Assembly (NCBI GenBank): GCA_963813955.1
Contig: CAWFBN010000083.1
Span: 6,869 to 70,868 of the forward strand
Length of the DNA: 64,000 nt
From: an uncultured Alphaproteobacteria bacterium
GTDB taxonomy: Bacteria > Pseudomonadota > Alphaproteobacteria > Rhizobiales > Beijerinckiaceae
Reading direction: 5' to 3'
Shown piece after piece: positions 54,793 through 64,000 of the stretch. The notes below the pieces were generated by a model. That model worked only from the letters and a program-made list of their open reading frames with translations, was not told the DNA's origin and did not search any database. The stretch's first letter is position 1; each line of letters begins with the position of its first letter. A program made the position numbers and the translations under genes.

Positions 54793-55081
54793 TTCGTTGA
54801 ACGTCAAGGGAAGCCGTTGCGGCTTTCTTCTTGAAACAAGGCGCTTTTCCGGCGCCGGTTTCCCGCCGCCGCGAGCGCCCGGAAGAAGCGGCGCCGCGTC
54901 GTCGTGAAACACAACCGGACGGTTGAAACGGGTGAAAACGCCGTCAAACCGAACGAAACTGCACGGAAAAACACGCGATTCCAACCGAAAATGAGCCAAA
55001 ATCACGCTTTTCTTCCCCGTTTTTCCACACGGAACGCGCTCAAATGGCGCTACAACCATAGCGCGAAGCTTGGGCTGCCTT

Positions 55082-55223
55082 CCTTCTCCCCTTGCGGGAG
55101 AAGGGGATCCGAAGGACCGGATGAGGGGGCCGCCTGCCGCCACTCAATCTCCGTTGTCGCGTGCCCAATCCCCTCATCCGTCTCGCCTTCGGCGAGCCAC
55201 CTTCTCCCGCAAGGGGAGAAGGG
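55082..55223. repeat. CCTTCTCCC-type palindromic element (two inverted arms)
   Basis: CCTTCTCCCCTTGCGGGAGAAGG...GGATGAGGGG / CCCCTCATCC...CCTTCTCCCGCAAGGGGAGAAGG. Confidence 0.85.
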
Positions 55224-55371
55224 TTTCGCGGGCTATAGTTGCGCCTGTATGCAAGGCGATGATTACACGATTCCATTAACCACCGGCAGACATTCTTTAA
55301 TTTCAATTTCTGCTATCAATCTTTCCAGGGTCGCCATTCCTTTTCCCCCGACGACAAGCATCCGGTGATCA

Positions 55372-56904
55372 ATGAGAACTCCATTTTCCTGCGTCTTGCC
55401 TCGCACCTTTGCCGCCGCCTTGATCGCTCTCGGTATGGGTGGCGCAGTCGCCGCGGTTCGGCTCATCGCAGCCAGCGATGGCGGAGGCATGCTTCGCGCG
55501 CGAACTGGCGGGAGCAAAATGCATATACGTTGGGCGTGCAGACCTATCTCTATGCGTTTCCATGGGCATATATGCCCAACGCGCGGTGGCTGCGAACGGA
55601 GGCCATCGACCGGCAGGCCGACCGCTTTGATCACATCCGTCATCTTGAGGATGCTGCCCATCTGAGCGGAGGCGCGCCCAATAACGACACGCTGTATTCG
55701 CGTGCGTGGGTTTACCTCAAGGACAAGCCCGTTATCCTGACGGTGCCAGCAATCGCTGACCGCTACTATACGATGGAGATCGTCGATTTCATGGGCGACA
55801 ATTTCGCTTATGTCGGCACTCGCGCAACGGGAACAAGGCCGGGAACTATGCGATCGTCGGCCCTGACTGGAAGGGTGCGCTGCCGGAGGGTGTCCAACTG
55901 TTGCCGCCGTCATCGACACCGTGGGCGACGATCTTGGGCCGAACCTATGTCAAGGACGCCTCCGACCTCAACGCGGCGCACGAAATTCAGGACCAATATA
56001 AGCTGACGCCGCTTTCGCAATGGGGCAAGGCGCGAATCGACCCCGCCCAAGGACGCGGAAATCTGGCAAGCGTTCGATCCGAAAAGCGACCCGCTCGCGG
56101 ATTGGAAGACGATCAACCGCGCGATGGTCGAGGTTCCGCCGCCCGCGCGCGACGCCGATTTGCTGCAGACAGTTGGCGCGCATTGGCATCGGACCCGGCC
56201 TGGACGTCGAGGCGCAGGACGCCGGAACGAAGCGCGGTCTTGCCCGCGCCGGCATAGACGGGAAAAAGGTCATCGCCGAAGCTTTTACAACGGGCTATTT
56301 GCAGAAAGTCGTCAACGGCTGGAACTATCCGCCTCCTGCCACAGGAAGGCCGAGCCCGACGCGCGACTGGCTGTTTCGCGCGGTGCAGATGCTCGCCGGC
56401 TTCGTCGCCAACGACCCGGTCGAGGCGACCTATTTCAACGTTTCGGTCGATGGAGACGGAAAGCCGCTGAATGGCAAGAACCGTTACGTCATCCATTTCG
56501 ACAAGGGGGGCCAGCCCAAGGTCAAGGCTTTCTGGTCGGTGACGATGTATAATTTGCAGTACAATCTCGTCGCAAATCCTATTAACCGCTATTCCGTCGG
56601 TGATCGCAGCGGGATGAAGCCTGACGCGGACGGAGGCCTGACGATCTATGTGCAGAAGGAGTCGCCCGGCGCCGACAAGGAGGCGAACTGGCTGCCTGCG
56701 CCGGACGATCAGTTCTTCCTGATCATGCGCACTTACCTTCCCGCAGAAGACATCGTGAACCAGACGTGGCAGCCCCCCAAAATCACAGCTGTTGCCAGTA
56801 GACCTCATTTTGTCGATGCCGAATGTCCGCTGAGTTCAAGAAAGCCGTCGGCGGGACTTTACGTCGTAGGACAGCAACGAGCCGATCTCGGTCTCTCGTT
56901 ATAA
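55372..56904 (+). CDS. DUF1254/DUF1214 domain-containing exported protein (frameshifted; 3' end approximate)
   Basis: PNNDTLYSRAW, DRYY, GTRATG, AFWSVTMY, NPINRY, ANWLPAP. Confidence 0.88.
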
Positions 56905-56995
56905 TATACCGCCAGTCCGGAAACAGGTGCGACCCTATCTCTCCCCGCGCGTTGTAAAGGCGTAGGCAGCCCGCCTGACATCTGGGAGAGTCCGA

Positions 56996-57247
56996 ATGAC
57001 CGAAATCCCGCAAGGCTGGAGCGGCGACGCTCAGCGCATCGCCAAAACCTATCAATTCAAGAGCTTCGCCCAGGCGCTCGCCTTCATGGTCGAGATCGGG
57101 CTTTATTGCGAAAAGGCCGATCACCATCCGGAGTGGAAGAATATCTACAACAAGGTCTGGGTCGAATTGACCACCCACGACGCCGGCCGCGTCACCGCAA
57201 AGGATCTGGCGCTGGCCGCGCGGATGGATGCGGTTTTCGCCCGCTGA
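56996..57247 (+). CDS. phhB: 4a-hydroxytetrahydrobiopterin dehydratase
   Basis: DHHPEW.N.YNKV, LTTHD. Confidence 0.92.
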   Translation: MTEIPQGWSGDAQRIAKTYQFKSFAQALAFMVEIGLYCEKADHHPEWKNIYNKVWVELTTHDAGRVTAKDLALAARMDAVFAR

Positions 57248-57263
57248 CGAACGGGAACGCCCT

Positions 57264-57374
57264 CGTCCTTCGAGACGCGCCTTTAGGCGCTCCGCAGGAT
57301 GAGGGCTACTGCATTGTTTTGCAAAGATAACGACCTCATGGTGAGGAGGCTCCGATGGAGGCGTCTCGAACCAT
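57264..57374. repeat. Inverted-pair short repeat element
   Basis: CCTTCGAGACGC...CAGGATGAGG / CCTCATGGTGAGGAG...GCGTCTCGAACC between convergent genes. Confidence 0.7.
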
Positions 57375-57394
57375 GGGCAGCAAAACAGGAACTG

Positions 57395-59871
57395 CTAAAT
57401 CATCGTCAGGGCGATGCGGTTGCGCGTCGCCTCGCGCGGGCCGGGCAGATGGATGCTGACTTTCGCGCCCTCGCCGGGCGCGGATTCGATGCGCAGCTTG
57501 CCGCCGTGCAACTCCACCAGCGAGCGCGCGATGGCGAGGCCGAGGCCCGGGCCCTTCATGCCGTCCTGCATCAGGGGCGAGCGCTGCTCGAAGGGGTGGC
57601 AGACCAGCGCCAGTTCCTCGGCGCTCATGCCGCAGCCGCTGTCCTCGACGATGATGTCATGCGCCTCGCCGTCGCGTTTTACGCGGACGCCGACCCGGCC
57701 GCCTTCCGGCGTGAATTTGAGCGCGTTCTTGAGCAGGATGCCGACGATTTTTTCCAACGCCCCGGCGTCGGCGACGATGCGGACGCCTTCCGGCGCCTCG
57801 AAGGAAATCTCCACTTTCTTCGCTTCCGCTTCTTCGCGGAAAGCGTCCACGGACGAGGCCAGCGTCGGCGCGAGGTCGATTTCGCTGGCCAGCAAGGTGA
57901 TTTGTCCGGCGTCGAGGCGCGACATTTCCAGCACGTCGCTGATGACGCCATGCAGATATTCGCCGGATTCCCGGATGTGGCTGGCGTAGCCGAGATAGCG
58001 CGGGCTGCCGATGTCCCCAAAAACCTGCTGCTCCATGACTTCGGCAAAGCCGATGATATGGGTCAGCGGCGTGCGCAATTCATGGCTCATGTTGGCCAGA
58101 AAATCCGATTTGGCGCGATTGGCCCCCTCGGCCGCCGCTTTTTGTTCGAGATAGCGTTCGGCCAGCTCCGCCAGTTGCTGCGCCTGCATTTCCAGCGTCT
58201 GGCGCGATTTCCGCAGGTCGGCGACGGTGGCCATCAGCCGCCTTTCGCTGTCGAGCAGTTGCTGCTCATGCCGCTTGAGGTTGGAAATATCGGTGCCGAC
58301 CGAGACATAGCCGCCGTCCTTGGTCCGCCTTTCGTTGATCTGAAGCCAGCGGCCATCGGAAAGGCGGGCTTCATAGACGCGGCCCCCGGCGAGCGGCCGG
58401 GCGCTTTCGGCCTGTTCGGCGATGGATTGCGAGTGCGCCATGGCCTGCCGATAGGGCGTGCCGGGCAGGGTGCATTCGGCGGGCAGGTTATGCAGGGTCT
58501 GGAATTTGGCGTTGCACAGCACGAGGCGGTTCTGCTCGTCCCACAGCACGAAGGCTTCGGAAATGGTCTCCACCGCGTCCCTCAGCCGCAGATCGGCGGC
58601 GGCGCTGCGCTCGGCCAGACGGACCTGTTCGGAAATATCGACGGCGATGCCGACCAGATGCGGCGCCTGCTCCCGCCCTTCGTGGATAACCTCGGCCCGC
58701 GCCCTGATCCACACCCAGTTGTCGTGCGCGTCGCGGATGCGGAAGGCGTGGTCGATCGCGTTGATTTTCCGCGCCGCCAACTGTTCGGCGATGTCTGCGA
58801 GGTCGTCGTCGTCGGGATGGATGAGGGCCTTGAGGTCGCCGAAGGAGAGGCAGTCGTCGCTCGGCGGCATGGCGAGCATGTCATACATCGAATCCGACCA
58901 GTAAATGCGGCCGGAGGCGAGGTTCCAGTCCCATAGCCCGCAACGGCCGCGATTGAGCGCCGCCTCGATGCGATTGCGGATGCGGGCGCGATCGGACAGG
59001 GCGTCGAGCGTCCGGCTGGCCTGAGCGAAATAAGCGTAGACGACTAAGCCCATCACCGCCGCCGTCAGCAGCAGCAGCACCCCGGAACGCCAGGCGGCGG
59101 CGCGCCATTCGGCCATGGCGCTGTCCATCGGCTGAATAATGGCGATCTGGCCGAAGGGCGGCTCCAGATTGCGCACCGCCACCAGGGCGTCGACGCCATC
59201 CGGCAACTCGATGCGCATCGGCCCGGCCTTGTCGGCGAAAATGGTCAAGGGCTGCGCGGCGCCGAGCCGCGCCGACAGCGACCCCCCGGGCAAAGGCGAT
59301 GGCGGCAGCGAGGCGACGATCTCGCCGTCCTGGTCGGTCAGGAGCAGGCTGCGTCCGCGGGCCAACACCCGGCCTTGCGCGGCGTCGAGGATCATGGCTG
59401 CGGGCGCTCCGGGCGCGGCGCGGCGCATGGCGGCGTTGATATCCTCGACCGCCACCCGCCCGATCATGTCGAGTTCGGTCAGCGCGTCCGGCGCGACCTG
59501 GGAATAGCTTTGCAGGGCGATCTGGCCGGCGGCGCCCAGCAAGATCAAAAGAAACAGAATGACCATGACCGGCACGGTCCGGCGCAGCACGGGCTCCAGA
59601 GTTTCAGCCAGATTCTCGGGTTGCGGCGGCGGGTTTCCGCGCTGCCGTTTCCTGTCGCCGGGCGGAACGGTCTCGTCGGCCAGCCAGTGTTCGGGCGGAG
59701 GCTCGGGAAAAGGGAGGTCGGCGGCGGGGAAGAGGGGAGTCACCGTGGCGCCGACGCTCTCCGCCTCGGCCAGTTCGGCATGCGCGGGGAGGGGGGCGTG
59801 GTCTTGGTTCTGTCGGTCACGGTCGATGCTTCAAGGCGTGAGGCAGCATCGGCGACGTTCGCACGCGCCAT
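57395..59871 (-). CDS. pleC: PAS-domain sensor histidine kinase, PleC-like (N-terminal frameshift)
   Basis: MARAN start, two TMs, GRCGLWDW, ERRTKDGGYVSVGTDI, FLANMSHELRTPL, GLGLAI. Confidence 0.85.
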
Positions 59872-59968
59872 GAAACGCTCCCAATGATATGAAATCCGGC
59901 GATCCGAGGCTACCCGCGACGCCCTCGAATCAATTTGAGTTGAATCCGGGAGCGACTTTTTGTCCAGA

Positions 59969-59984
59969 CTAAATTTTGGTTAAC
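59969..59984. promoter_or_regulatory. CtrA box upstream of pleC
   Basis: CTAA-ATTTTGG-TTAAC; GANTC sites at 59927 and 59942. Confidence 0.6.
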
Positions 59985-60344
59985 AGAAAGGTTTTCGAGC
60001 AAAATTCTTTGATTGGACTTTACCTAAATCGTCGCCGGAACAAGCTTCAAGGTGGTCGGAAAACGGTGGCCTTGTTGAAAAACGCCGTCAAATCAATGGG
60101 GGATGCAGGACGCGGCGGCGCGGCCGCCACCGGCCAAGCTTGCGCGAAGCTTGCTTCTCGGACCTCTTGACGTTCTGTGAAAAGGTCTTTTGGCTGTGCA
60201 GTCACATAATCGTCAACGGAATACGCGCTCCGCCCAAGCAAATGCTCGATGACGTGCAAGGTTTGCCGATATAAAATTGTCTAATGCGGCGGTAAAGGTT
60301 GCCGCATCAATCATTTAACACGGAAATGACCTCGGAGCTAAACC

Positions 60345-60647
60345 ATGTCGGCTATGTTGATTAACCTGATCATTCAGGTCGTCAGCGGGGCGATCGGCGG
60401 CAATATAGCCGGCGCTTCCAGGAACATCAATCTGGGTGGCCTTGGCAATACCGTGTCTGGAGCCATTGGCGGCGGCCTCGGCGGCCAGATACTCGGCCTG
60501 TTCATTCCGATGCTTTCGAGCGCCGCAGCCAATATGGATATCGGCGCGCTGATCGGTCAGGCGGCAGGCGGCGGCGTCGCGGGCGCCATTCTGACCGCGA
60601 TCGTCGGGGCCCTCAAGAACCGGGGCGCGGGGTCTCAGCGCGTCTGA
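60345..60647 (+). CDS. Small glycine-rich membrane protein
   Basis: GGAG RBS; repeated GAIGG/GGG glycine-zipper-like hydrophobic segments. Confidence 0.75.
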   Translation: MSAMLINLIIQVVSGAIGGNIAGASRNINLGGLGNTVSGAIGGGLGGQILGLFIPMLSSAAANMDIGALIGQAAGGGVAGAILTAIVGALKNRGAGSQRV

Positions 60648-60666
60648 CCGCCCGACCGTTTTGTCG

Positions 60667-63330
60667 TCAGGCCAAGGCGCGAAAAACGATGTCCCGGGCG
60701 TCGGGCGACAGCTTTTCCTGCGCGGCGATCCGTTCGAGCGCGGCGCGGGCGAGGCCGCGCCGGCCCTGTTCCAGATTGCGCCAGGAGCGGAAGGACGACA
60801 GCATCCGCGAGGCGACCTGCGGGTTGGCCTTGTCCAGCTTCAGAACCATATCGGCGATGAAGTTATAGCCGGCGCCGTCGGCGGCGTTGAAGCCGGTCGG
60901 ATTGGCGTTGGCGAAGGCGCCGATCAGCGCATAAACGCGATTGGGCGTCGAAAAACTGAAGGCGTGGGTCTTGGTCAGGCGGCGCACCCGCTCCAGTGTC
61001 GTGGCTTCCGGGATCGTCGCCTGCAGCGAGAACCATTTGTCCACCACCAGCGCGTCGGTGGCATGGCCGCGAAAGAAGGAATCCAGCGCGCGTTCGCGTT
61101 GCGGCGCGGAGAGTTGCGACAGCGTCGTCAGCGCCGCCATCTGGTCGGTCATGTTGTTGGCGGCCTGGAATTGCCGCATGGCGATCTCGGCGCCGGATTG
61201 GGAATCGCCAGCCGCCAGCAGGTCGAGGCAGGCGTTGCGCAGGGCGCGACGCCCGGCATTGGCGGCGTCGGGCGTATAGACCGCGATCGATTCCAGTCGG
61301 TCATAGGCGGCCAGCAGAGGTTCCGCCAGCAGCTTGCCGATGTCGCTGCGCAGCGCCTTGCGCGCCAGGAAGATCGCGTCGTGGTCGACGTCGGATCCGA
61401 TGTCGCGGGCGATGTCGTTGACGCTCGGCAGTGTGACCATTTGCGCGGCGAAGGCCGGGTCGATGCCGCGGTCCTCGATGACGGCGCCAATCGCCTTCGC
61501 CAGCGGCGTCGAGAATTCCGGCATTTCGCCGTCGCGGATCAGCCGGGTCGAGCGGATCAGCAAACGCGTTGCGAAAGTCTGCGCCGCCTGCCAGCGGTTG
61601 AACGGGTCGCTGTCATGGGCCGCCAGCACCAGCAGATCGTCCTCGTCGAGGTCGCTGTCGAGGATGATCGGCGCCGTGAAGCGGCGGAACAGCGACGGAA
61701 CCGGCTTGCTGGGCACGTCCTTGAAGACGATGCGGCGGTGCGGTCCGTCAAGCTCGAAAATGGCGAATTTTTCTTCGCGCGCGCTGGCGGGCTTGTCCTG
61801 CACCAGCGGGATTTCGGCGCCGTCGCGGGCGATCAGGCCGATGCGGATCGGCATGACCAGCGGCTTTTTCACCGGCTGGCCGGGGGTCGGCGGCGTTTCC
61901 TGCGACAGGTCGAGCGTATAGGTTTTTGCGCTCTCGTCGTAGCTTCCCTTCGCGGAAACTTTCGGGGTGCCCGCCTGCGCATACCACAGGGCGAAATGCG
62001 TCAGATCGCGGCCGGAGCTTTCCGCGAAACAGGATAAAAAGTCCTCGATCGTCGCGGCCTTGCCGTCGAAGCGATTGAAATAAAGCTCCATGCCGGCGTG
62101 ATAGTTATCGTGACCGATCAGCGTGCGCAGCATGCGGATGATTTCCGCGCCTTTTTCATAGACGGTCGCCGTGTAGAAATTGTTGATTTCCTGATAGGCT
62201 TCCGGGCGCACATTATGCGCCAGCGGCCCGGCGTCCTCGGGAAATTGCGCCGCGCGCAAGGCGCGGACATTGGCGATGCGCCCGACCGCCCGCGAACGCT
62301 GGTCGGCGGAAAACTCCTGGTCGCGATAGACCGTCAGGCCTTCCTTGAGGCAGAGCTGGAACCAGTCGCGGCAGGTGATGCGGTTGCCGGTCCAGTTGTG
62401 AAAATATTCATGCGCGACGACGCCCTCGACATTGGCGAAATCGGCGTCGGTCGCGGTTTCCGCACGGGCCAGGATGTATTTGTCGTTGAAGATATTGAGG
62501 CCCTTGTTCTCCATCGCGCCCATGTTGAAGTCGGACACGGCGACGATGTTGAACACATCGAGGTCATATTCGCGGCCGTAGACGAACTCGTCCCAGCGCA
62601 TGGCGTGGGTCAGCGACTCCATCGCGTAATAGGCGCGGTGCTTCTTGTCCTTCTCGACATAAATGCCCAGTGCGACCTTGCGCCCGGAGGCGGTGGTGAA
62701 ATCATCGTGCAGCGAGTCGAGATCGCCGCCGACCACCGCGAAGAGATAGCAAGGCTTGGGGAAGGGATCGCGCCACACCGCGTAATGCCGCCCGCCCGGC
62801 GCTTCGCCCGACGAGACCGGGTTGCCGTTGCCGAGCAAAACGGGCGCTTCTTCCTTGTCCGCCTCGATGCGGGTGGTGAAGACACTCAAGACGTCGGGGC
62901 GGTCGAGATAATAGGTGATGCGGCGGAAACCCTCCGCCTCGCATTGGGTGCAATAAACGGCGCCGGAACGATAAAGGCCCTCAAGCTTTGTATTAGCGGA
63001 GGGGTCGAGCAGGGTCTCGATTTCCAGCATGAAGGGTCGCCCGGGGGGCGACGCAACAGTCAGCTTGTCCGGGCTTGCCACCTGGACGAGATCGAGCGGC
63101 TCATTGTCGAGGGAGGCGCGGACGGGATGGAGGTCGTCGCCGTCGAGGACCAGAGGCGCGCCGGGCGTCCCGGCCGGATTCGGGCGCAGGCTGAGGCGGG
63201 AGACGACGCGGGTGGCATGAGGGTCGAGGCTGATGTCGAGATCGACCGCGTCGATCAGGTAGTCCGGCGGGCGATAATCGGCCAGGCGGACGGACTGGGT
63301 GACGGGGGCGGCTTCAGGCTCGGCGGACAT
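60667..63330 (-). CDS. pepN: Aminopeptidase N
   Basis: TQCEAEGFRRIT, GAMENK, HEYFH...KEG, VYEKGAE. Confidence 0.97.
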   Translation of the reverse strand: MSAEPEAAPVTQSVRLADYRPPDYLIDAVDLDISLDPHATRVVSRLSLRPNPAGTPGAPLVLDGDDLHPVRASLDNEPLDLVQVASPDKLTVASPPGRPFMLEIETLLDPSANTKLEGLYRSGAVYCTQCEAEGFRRITYYLDRPDVLSVFTTRIEADKEEAPVLLGNGNPVSSGEAPGGRHYAVWRDPFPKPCYLFAVVGGDLDSLHDDFTTASGRKVALGIYVEKDKKHRAYYAMESLTHAMRWDEFVYGREYDLDVFNIVAVSDFNMGAMENKGLNIFNDKYILARAETATDADFANVEGVVAHEYFHNWTGNRITCRDWFQLCLKEGLTVYRDQEFSADQRSRAVGRIANVRALRAAQFPEDAGPLAHNVRPEAYQEINNFYTATVYEKGAEIIRMLRTLIGHDNYHAGMELYFNRFDGKAATIEDFLSCFAESSGRDLTHFALWYAQAGTPKVSAKGSYDESAKTYTLDLSQETPPTPGQPVKKPLVMPIRIGLIARDGAEIPLVQDKPASAREEKFAIFELDGPHRRIVFKDVPSKPVPSLFRRFTAPIILDSDLDEDDLLVLAAHDSDPFNRWQAAQTFATRLLIRSTRLIRDGEMPEFSTPLAKAIGAVIEDRGIDPAFAAQMVTLPSVNDIARDIGSDVDHDAIFLARKALRSDIGKLLAEPLLAAYDRLESIAVYTPDAANAGRRALRNACLDLLAAGDSQSGAEIAMRQFQAANNMTDQMAALTTLSQLSAPQRERALDSFFRGHATDALVVDKWFSLQATIPEATTLERVRRLTKTHAFSFSTPNRVYALIGAFANANPTGFNAADGAGYNFIADMVLKLDKANPQVASRMLSSFRSWRNLEQGRRGLARAALERIAAQEKLSPDARDIVFRALA

Positions 63331-63619
63331 GGCGACTCTTTCGAGTTACGAGCGCGGAAGATCCCGCGCCCGGACGACTACCAGGGCCGACGGCGCCAAC
63401 GCTGCCGGCCGATTCGCTATTTAATTCGGCGGCGCACAAACCGCTATCCGCCGAAAGACTTTTTCGACAGGGTTTCGTTTCAGCGTAAGCCAAACCCTGT
63501 CATTGACCGATATCAAGCCGAACCCATATCACGCTGTGGCTTGACCGACACCACGCTCCGCGAGAAAAAAGGTGTCAAGCGGGACAAATCGAGTTTGCGC
63601 GACCAAACAGAGGCAAATC

Positions 63620-64000
63620 ATGCACAAGTTTCGCAAAATTTGCGTTTATTGCGGTTCCTCCGGCGGCGTTGATCCGGCCTTTGTCGCCTCGGCGAAGCGT
63701 TTCGGACGGATTCTCGCCGACAACGACATCGGTCTGGTCTATGGCGGCGGCGATCTCGGCCTGATGGGAGCGGTCGCCCACGCCGTGCTGGAGGCTGGCG
63801 GCCATGTCACCGGCATTATCCCACATTTCCTGCAAAAGCAGGAACATATGCTGGAAAGCGTGCAGGATCTGCTGATCGTCGAGGACATGCATGAGCGCAA
63901 GCGGTTGATGTTCGAGAAAGCCGACGCCTTCGTCGCTTTGCCGGGCGGCATCGGCACGCTGGAGGAGTTGGTCGAACAATTGACCTGGGTGCAATTGCAG
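63620..64000 (+). CDS. LOG family (TIGR00730) protein, partial
   Basis: ICVYCGSS, LVYGGG..GLMG, MHERK, LPGGIGTLEE; runs off the window. Confidence 0.93.
   Translation, partial: MHKFRKICVYCGSSGGVDPAFVASAKRFGRILADNDIGLVYGGGDLGLMGAVAHAVLEAGGHVTGIIPHFLQKQEHMLESVQDLLIVEDMHERKRLMFEKADAFVALPGGIGTLEELVEQLTWVQLQ

Overview
The window joins two unlike pieces. (1) Bases 1 to ~3055 are dense in short palindromic and mosaic repeats. They carry two toxin-antitoxin modules (MNT-HEPN, and an addiction-module antitoxin with a ParE-like toxin), each preceded by a near-identical repeat block. This piece ends abruptly inside the parE-like gene, most likely at a chimeric read/assembly junction. (2) From ~3058 to the end the DNA is GC-rich and alphaproteobacterial (Hyphomicrobiales-like, inferred from ccrM-rnhB, pleC, CtrA/LexA-type boxes and repeat families). 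It opens with a ~16-kb accessory biofilm locus: a pelE fragment, pelF, pelG, a stand-alone Tat-type PelA-like hydrolase and a LegB-type SDR. These are followed by a type I secretion cassette whose apparent cargo is a second galactosaminidase-like domain on Ig-like repeats, exported by an HlyB-type ABC protein with two tandem C39-like domains. A P-loop kinase-like gene and a pseudo-receiver LuxR regulator close the locus. The rest is mostly housekeeping (ppk2, ccrM, rnhB, UDG, ETF-QO, two sulfatases, gabD, gph, meaB, murJ, PBP1A, ycgN, M20 peptidase, phhB, pleC, pepN, LOG). Most genes are split by single-base indels, consistent with unpolished long-read data, so many boundaries are approximate. 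All family calls come from motif recognition by eye, not database searches.
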